Below the pieces are notes generated by a model. It did no database searches. It was given only the letters and a program-made list of their open reading frames with translations, and was not told the origin of the DNA. A DNA stretch of 56,446 bases from a virus (Duplodnaviria; Caudoviricetes). Where the stretch lies: positions 1 through 56,446 of IMG/VR virus record IMGVR_UViG_3300042465_007438. The stretch is one strand, 5' to 3'. A program made the position numbers and the translations under genes. Every line of letters starts with the position of its first letter. Positions within the stretch are counted from its first letter, which is position 1. Of the stretch, positions 51,169 through 56,446 are shown piece after piece.

Positions 51169-51754
51169 CAAGTTAGTTCCTCAGTTTTGGAAAACTTTAA
51201 CTATTCAGGGCATAAGAAAGAAAGTATGTCAACGATGTGCAGAAAGGTACGCTAAAGATAAAGAAAAGCAGAAGAAAGAAAAGCTCAAGTTAAAAAGAAA
51301 GATTCAGCGAGAAAGAATCACTGAAAAGAAACTTGACACAGTCTTTTCTAAACTGGTTAGAAATATTTATCCTCCGCATTGTCATTCGTCTAAGGTTCCT
51401 ATAACTGTCGAGACTAGTCAGGCTGCTCACTTAATAGGAAGAAACAATCGATGTGTAAGATGGGACTTAAGAAATGTCTATCCTACTACTCCTGAGCAGA
51501 ATATGTATAATCAACTTCACGTAATTAAACTAGCAAAACGGTTAGAAGAATATTACGGGATAGACATAGATCAGTGGGAATCTATATCAAAGTCTACTAT
51601 ATGTAAGCTTAATGATACTGATCGAAGGTATATGTACGACATATTCAAGGATGCCTTAGACGAAACGTATTCAATCTTACTTCAGAATAATCCTTATGAA
51701 AAACTTAGCGAGTTAAGAAAGAAAGTTATTGAACAAACTAAACTTGTATTATGA
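51119..51754 (+). CDS. NinG/Rap-like endonuclease
   Basis: N-terminal CxxC..CxxC, LDTVFSKLVR, AAHLIGR..VRWDLRNV. Confidence 0.75.
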   Translation: MYSKQKKAVLKKCQICDKLVPQFWKTLTIQGIRKKVCQRCAERYAKDKEKQKKEKLKLKRKIQRERITEKKLDTVFSKLVRNIYPPHCHSSKVPITVETSQAAHLIGRNNRCVRWDLRNVYPTTPEQNMYNQLHVIKLAKRLEEYYGIDIDQWESISKSTICKLNDTDRRYMYDIFKDALDETYSILLQNNPYEKLSELRKKVIEQTKLVL

Positions 51755-52010
51755 CTTGGTTAAACACTTTGCTGCAACTTTTTACTCCTTACCAACTAGG
51801 AGTTGTAAGTAAGAAACTTGTATACACTAATTTCGATGACTCGGAACGGTACTTCTTTATCGTAAAGATTAACAATGAATTGTGCGACTTTGAAGTATCG
51901 GAATCTATGGTTAAGAAATATAAAAAAGACCAATGGATTCTAATGAACACTGTAACGTACTCTAATGCACGATATGTAAAAAGTATTATTTTCTAACTAA
52001 ACTTTATCAG

Positions 52011-52442
52011 ATGACAGTCAATTTTAAGCTTGTTCACCCTAACGCAGCACGTCCTGTATATTCTTCAGATGGAGCTGCAGGACTTGATCTTGTAGCAGTA
52101 ACACGAGAGTGGGATGCAGACAATCAAGTTTTTATTTACGACACAGGAGTAGCAGTAGAAATTCCTGAAGGTTATGTAGGACTTTTATTTCCTCGATCTT
52201 CGATTTATAAAACACAACTAGGACTTGCAAATTCAGTAGGGGTAATTGACTCAGATTTTCGAGGATCTATTAAAGTGATTTTTCGAGATCTTAATCAGAC
52301 TCACGATTCTATTTGTTACAAAGTAGGAGATCGAATTGCTCAATTAATGATTGTTCCTTTTCCTCGTATTGAAGTAAAAGTGATTGATGTACTTAGCGAA
52401 ACTAATCGTGGAAATAAAGGCTTTGGAAGCACAGGAAAATGA
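52011..52442 (+). CDS. dut: trimeric dUTPase
   Basis: AGLDL, PRSS, GVIDSDFRG, DRIAQL, RGNKGFGSTG. Confidence 0.96.
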   Translation: MTVNFKLVHPNAARPVYSSDGAAGLDLVAVTREWDADNQVFIYDTGVAVEIPEGYVGLLFPRSSIYKTQLGLANSVGVIDSDFRGSIKVIFRDLNQTHDSICYKVGDRIAQLMIVPFPRIEVKVIDVLSETNRGNKGFGSTGK

Positions 52443-52865
52443 AATATACAGTAACTATTTGTAACACCGACATTAAAGTAGAATCTTCATTGCCTGAACT
52501 AGCAGCGATGAAAGCAGTAGAACAGTACGATGGAAACTATCTAGGAAAACTTATTAAAGTAAGTTCTGAAGATTTTCAACGCTACTTTAATGTAGAAGAA
52601 CTGTTAAACTACATGGAAGATGAGCAGTGACATTACAGCTTGTAGCGGAGAAGGATGTCCTATTAGAGAGTCCTGTCACCGATACACTAATCCCCGGGGA
52701 GAACTTCAGTCTTTCTTTACTACTGTTCCAGGTAAACAAGTAGGTGATCAGTGGAAGTGTGATATGTACTGGGGAAATTTTCAAGAATCAATTCATCAAC
52801 ATTTAAAAGAAATAAGTAATGGAAATCGGAATAAAAGAGACCGAGGGGAAGATCAGAGTCGATGA
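52439..52865 (+). CDS. two small hypothetical genes (52439-52630; Cys-rich 52620-52865)
   Basis: Second ORF: DITACSGEGCPIRESCHRY. Confidence 0.65.
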
Positions 52866-53136
52866 AGTGTGGGGTAGATTTCAGCTTTACATGGCAGAAG
52901 CTATGACTAAATCTAAATCTAAATACCCCGATAAAAACTGGATGAAGCCTATGGAAAATCCTGAAGATCTTATTAGCTCAATCGAGCGACATATGCTTCA
53001 GGTTAAAATAGCTATTCAAGAAGATCGACCTGAGCTGCTTACAGATCCGGAAGACGGAGTAGATCATTTGGTAAAGATTGCCAACAACTGTTTTATGCTT
53101 CAATATCAACTAGAACATTACGCTACTTTTCAATGA
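52819..53136 (+). CDS. dATP/dGTP diphosphohydrolase-like protein (DUF5664)
   Basis: K..GK.R, AMT...KY...NW.K, S.ERH, DPEDGVDHL...N..ML. Confidence 0.72.
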   Translation: MEIGIKETEGKIRVDEVWGRFQLYMAEAMTKSKSKYPDKNWMKPMENPEDLISSIERHMLQVKIAIQEDRPELLTDPEDGVDHLVKIANNCFMLQYQLEHYATFQ

Positions 53137-54829
53137 CTATTAAAGACATTTCTGAAACTAATATAACACTTCAAGAATCCAGCGACTTATCGGGGTGTTT
53201 TATAGAAATTGGACTTCCTGTAAATTTGTGGTGCGGTGAAAATCCAGAGTATTTCTCAAAAGAAGAAGGACTGGAGCTGGCAATACTAATTAAATCAGCG
53301 GTTAGTCTGGCACTAAAAATAAATCCTGATGATCCGGTAAAAGGACTTATGGAACTTGAAAAAAATATACCTGATATTAACAACGGATCACAAACTATTA
53401 CGGAAGTGGTAGTTGAAAATTATGCTTTAAGAAAAGAAATTTCCTATATGAGATATGGGTTTATTTTGTCTACAGCAGTTAGTATCTTGTGCATATTAGG
53501 AAGCGTAGCAACGTTAATTTTCAGACCATAAAAATTATTAATTTCTAAACTATGTTTTCAAACTATTTTAAACTAAATTTATCTATGAAGAAAGTATTGT
53601 TTCTAATTCTTTTCTCTGCCGCTTTCACACTGAAAGCACAAACCATTCCCAGCGTACTGGATAGTATTCCTAACCCTTCGGGAAGTTATCTTGACACTGC
53701 TTACTATCATGTACTTTTTGCAGTTCCTAATCAGCTTGCTAAAGTACAACCTGCTCGTGTAATTATTCGGTATATTACTTACGATAACGTACCAGCCCCA
53801 AAACCGATTGAGCAATGGTGGGAAGTAGTAGCAAAAGGTAATTTTCAGAATCCTAGCAGTAAAGTAGTGTGGGCTAAAGTACCTTATAATCTTTCTAATG
53901 TAGTATGGGTAGAACGAATCAAAACCGTCAACTAATTGCAGCAGCATTAGTGTTCTTTGGAACTCTGATACTTGTATTTTCTACTAAAAGTGGCAAAGTA
54001 GTCACTGTAGAAAAGACTGTACACGATACTGTTTTTTTAGAACAAAAAGTAATAGGAAAAGAGATCGATACTGTCTACAGTACAAGAACCAGATTTTTCC
54101 AAAAATGGGAGTTTGATTCTATTTATTTTGTAGTAGAGCGAGATACTATAAAGGTAGATTCAATAGTGCGAGATACTTTAATTATTAAGTTAGCAGACAC
54201 TATTGTTTTACCTTATGACTCTTTACTACTTACAGATACTCTTGGAAAGTATTTATTTACTCAAGCATACTTTGGAAAAGATACCACTGAACACTACCAG
54301 ATGGACTGGGCTATAGGTATTAATAACAATGAGTTGGTCTATTTTGAACCGGTTATTACTGTTAATCCTGGGGCTTCCAGATGCACTGTAAAAGAAGCAA
54401 TTAGACAATGGTGGCATTCACTAAAATCTAAGTAGATGTACAAGAAGAAAGACTTTGTAAAAGAAGCCGTAAAAGATGATGACGTAATGGTGTGGTCTAC
54501 TAAAGACGGTAAGTATTACGTTTCTACTGCAGATGACGACCTTGCTGAGTGGTTTGCTTACTATAAAACAACGTATGGCTGGGAAGAACTTTATGCAGGC
54601 GATTCTTTTGAAGACTGTATAGATCAAATTAACTTACACATTGAAACTCATGGATAACATGTATGACTTACTAGTCGAAGAAAACATTTCTTTAAAAAAA
54701 CAAGTAATAGCTTATGAAGATAAGCTTATTGTTCTTACTAACATTCTTGGACTTTTGAAAGAAAGTGAAAACATCACTACACATCACGAGACGCTGATTA
54801 AGCACTGCTTAGAAGTGATTAATAAGTAA
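53133..54829 (+). CDS. cluster of hypothetical genes, several with TM or signal segments (53133-53531, ~53585-53935, 53905-54435, 54436-54657, ~54650-54829)
   Basis: Co-oriented ORFs; terminator 54856-54891. Confidence 0.6.
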
Positions 54830-54894
54830 CCATTAAAACTTACCATTTATTGAAATAAAGGTCGCTGTAGTAATACAGCGGCCTATTTTTTCCT

Positions 54895-55086
54895 ATGATA
54901 GAAATCAACGTAGATGTACTAGGGTTATGGAGATGGAAACTCTATGACGAAAATGGTCTGATACTTATATCTTCACGAGAATTTAAAACTCGTAAGGAAT
55001 GTGAAGAGAATATTAAACAGACTAAAGAGCAACTAAATCGTCCGCATACTGAAGACGACTATCCGGAATTTATCTCTCACTATTAA
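54895..55086 (+). CDS. YegP/DUF1508-like protein
   Basis: GLWRWKLYDENGLILISSREFKTRKECEENI. Confidence 0.7.
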   Translation: MIEINVDVLGLWRWKLYDENGLILISSREFKTRKECEENIKQTKEQLNRPHTEDDYPEFISHY

Positions 55087-55112
55087 ATATTATAAATTAA
55101 AAACACTGATAT

Positions 55113-56446
55113 ATGAATTTAGATAACAAAATTTTAAGTGACATTACTGTTCATATGAAATACGCAAAGTTCCAACCGCTTCTTAGCAGACGTGAAAACT
55201 GGAATGAAATCGTACAACGTAATATGGATATGCACATTAGAAAGTTCCCTGAATTAAAATCGGAGATACGAGAGGCATATCAATTTGTCTTTGATAAAAA
55301 AGTGCTTCCGTCTATGCGATCTATGCAGTTTGCCGGGAGACCTATTGAAATCAATCCAGCAAGGATTTATAATTGTGCCTATCTTCCTGTTGATGACTGG
55401 AGAGCTTTTTCTGAAATCATGTTTCTATTGTTAGGAGGTACAGGAATAGGATTCAGCGTACAAACGCATCACATAGAAAGTCTTCCTGAAATAAAAAAAC
55501 CTACTAAAGATAAGTCTCGTCGATTTTTAATTGGAGATAGTATTGAAGGATGGGCAGACGCAGTTAAAGTGCTTATGAAGTCATACTATAAGGGGGGAGC
55601 ATCAGTTAGATTTGATTATAGTGATATTCGACCTAAAGGTGCACTTCTTGTTACTGCTGGTGGTAAGGCTCCAGGGCCAGCTCCTTTAAGAGAATGTCTT
55701 GTAAAAATTGAAGGTATCTTAGAAAGTGCAGAAGAAGGTAAACGGCTAAGTTCTCTTCAAGTACACGACATTGTTTGCCATATTGCAGATGCTGTATTGG
55801 CCGGTGGTATTCGTCGGGCAGCATTGATAAGTTTGTTTAGTGCCGACGATGATGAAATGATAGCATGTAAATCCGGTAACTGGTGGGAATTGAATCCACA
55901 AAGAGGCCGCGCTAATAATTCCGCTGTATTGCTAAGACAGGAAGTTACCGAGGAATACTTTTTTGATTTGTGGAAAAGAATAGAACTTTCAAATTCCGGA
56001 GAGCCGGGAATCTATTTTACAAATGATTCCGATTGGGGTACTAATCCATGTGTAACTGGCGATACTGAAATACTTACCAAAAAAGGGTATGAAAAAATAG
56101 AAAACTTAATAAATAAAGAAGTTGAAATTTGGAACGGATTTGAATGGTCTAATGTAACTCCTAAAATAACTGGATATAATCAACCTATAATTAAAGTCAC
56201 TTTGTCTGATGGAAGAGAATTAACTTCTACCCATTATCATAATTGGCACATAGCTGAAGGATATAACGGTAAAAGCAAAAAAGTTAAAACTCAAGACTTA
56301 AAAATTGGAGATAAAATTATCAAATACAAATTTCCAATAATCGAAGATGGTGTAGATGAAGTTACTTTAAAAGAAGCTTATACTCAAGGATTTATATCCG
56401 CAGAAGGAATGGAGGACTATAACTATATATGGTTGTATGAACCTAA
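55113..56446 (+). CDS. nrdJ: class II ribonucleotide reductase (3' end outside window), intein-containing
   Basis: Not in ORF track; MNLDNKILSDITVHMKYAK..RRENW..LPSMRSMQF..YNCAY..LLGGTGIGFS..GGIRRAALISL..SGEPG..GTNP|C. Confidence 0.92.
   Translation, partial: MNLDNKILSDITVHMKYAKFQPLLSRRENWNEIVQRNMDMHIRKFPELKSEIREAYQFVFDKKVLPSMRSMQFAGRPIEINPARIYNCAYLPVDDWRAFSEIMFLLLGGTGIGFSVQTHHIESLPEIKKPTKDKSRRFLIGDSIEGWADAVKVLMKSYYKGGASVRFDYSDIRPKGALLVTAGGKAPGPAPLRECLVKIEGILESAEEGKRLSSLQVHDIVCHIADAVLAGGIRRAALISLFSADDDEMIACKSGNWWELNPQRGRANNSAVLLRQEVTEEYFFDLWKRIELSNSGEPGIYFTNDSDWGTNPCVTGDTEILTKKGYEKIENLINKEVEIWNGFEWSNVTPKITGYNQPIIKVTLSDGRELTSTHYHNWHIAEGYNGKSKKVKTQDLKIGDKIIKYKFPIIEDGVDEVTLKEAYTQGFISAEGMEDYNYIWLYEP
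56049..56446 (+). mobile_element. intein (N-terminal part) in RNR
   Basis: NP|CVTGDTEILTKKGYEKIENL block A, LTSTHYHNW block B, YTQGFISAEG LAGLIDADG-like block. Confidence 0.9.

Noticed and set aside
1-56446. Stop-codon reassignment, known in some crAss-like phages
   Set aside because: Long genes are intact in the standard code, TAG and TGA end genes at sensible positions, and no suppressor tRNA was seen.
1-56446. CRISPR array, DGR template repeat or reverse transcriptase
   Set aside because: No regularly spaced repeats, no AAC-rich copy of the VR on either strand that I could find by eye, and no RT motifs.

Overview
About half of a crAss-like (Crassvirales-type) phage genome, very likely infecting a Bacteroidota host (TAnnTTTG promoter boxes), using the standard genetic code. 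The minus-strand arm (1-13000) holds the head module: major capsid protein (truncated at the window edge), a conserved acidic protein, portal, terminase, an intein-split PD-(D/E)xK nuclease, an Acb2/Tad1-like protein and an AAA ATPase. A repeat-rich strand-switch region lies at ~13000-13580. The plus-strand arm starts with an early/accessory region of small ORFs, tRNAs and structured non-coding spacers, including a twister-like ribozyme candidate. It continues with three glycosyltransferases, a PolA replication block with a group I intron, nucleotide-metabolism genes and a class II ribonucleotide reductase with an intein (truncated at the edge). The most striking signal is a pair of small FGE-sulfatase (CLec-fold) genes sharing a 113-bp, ~70% GC segment whose 20 differences all fall at codon positions 1-2. 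This is the signature of diversity-generating retroelement variable regions, but no template repeat or reverse transcriptase is visible in the window. One of the two targets is fused to a ribosomal-protein-S3-like KH domain. All family assignments come from motif recognition by eye, not from database searches.
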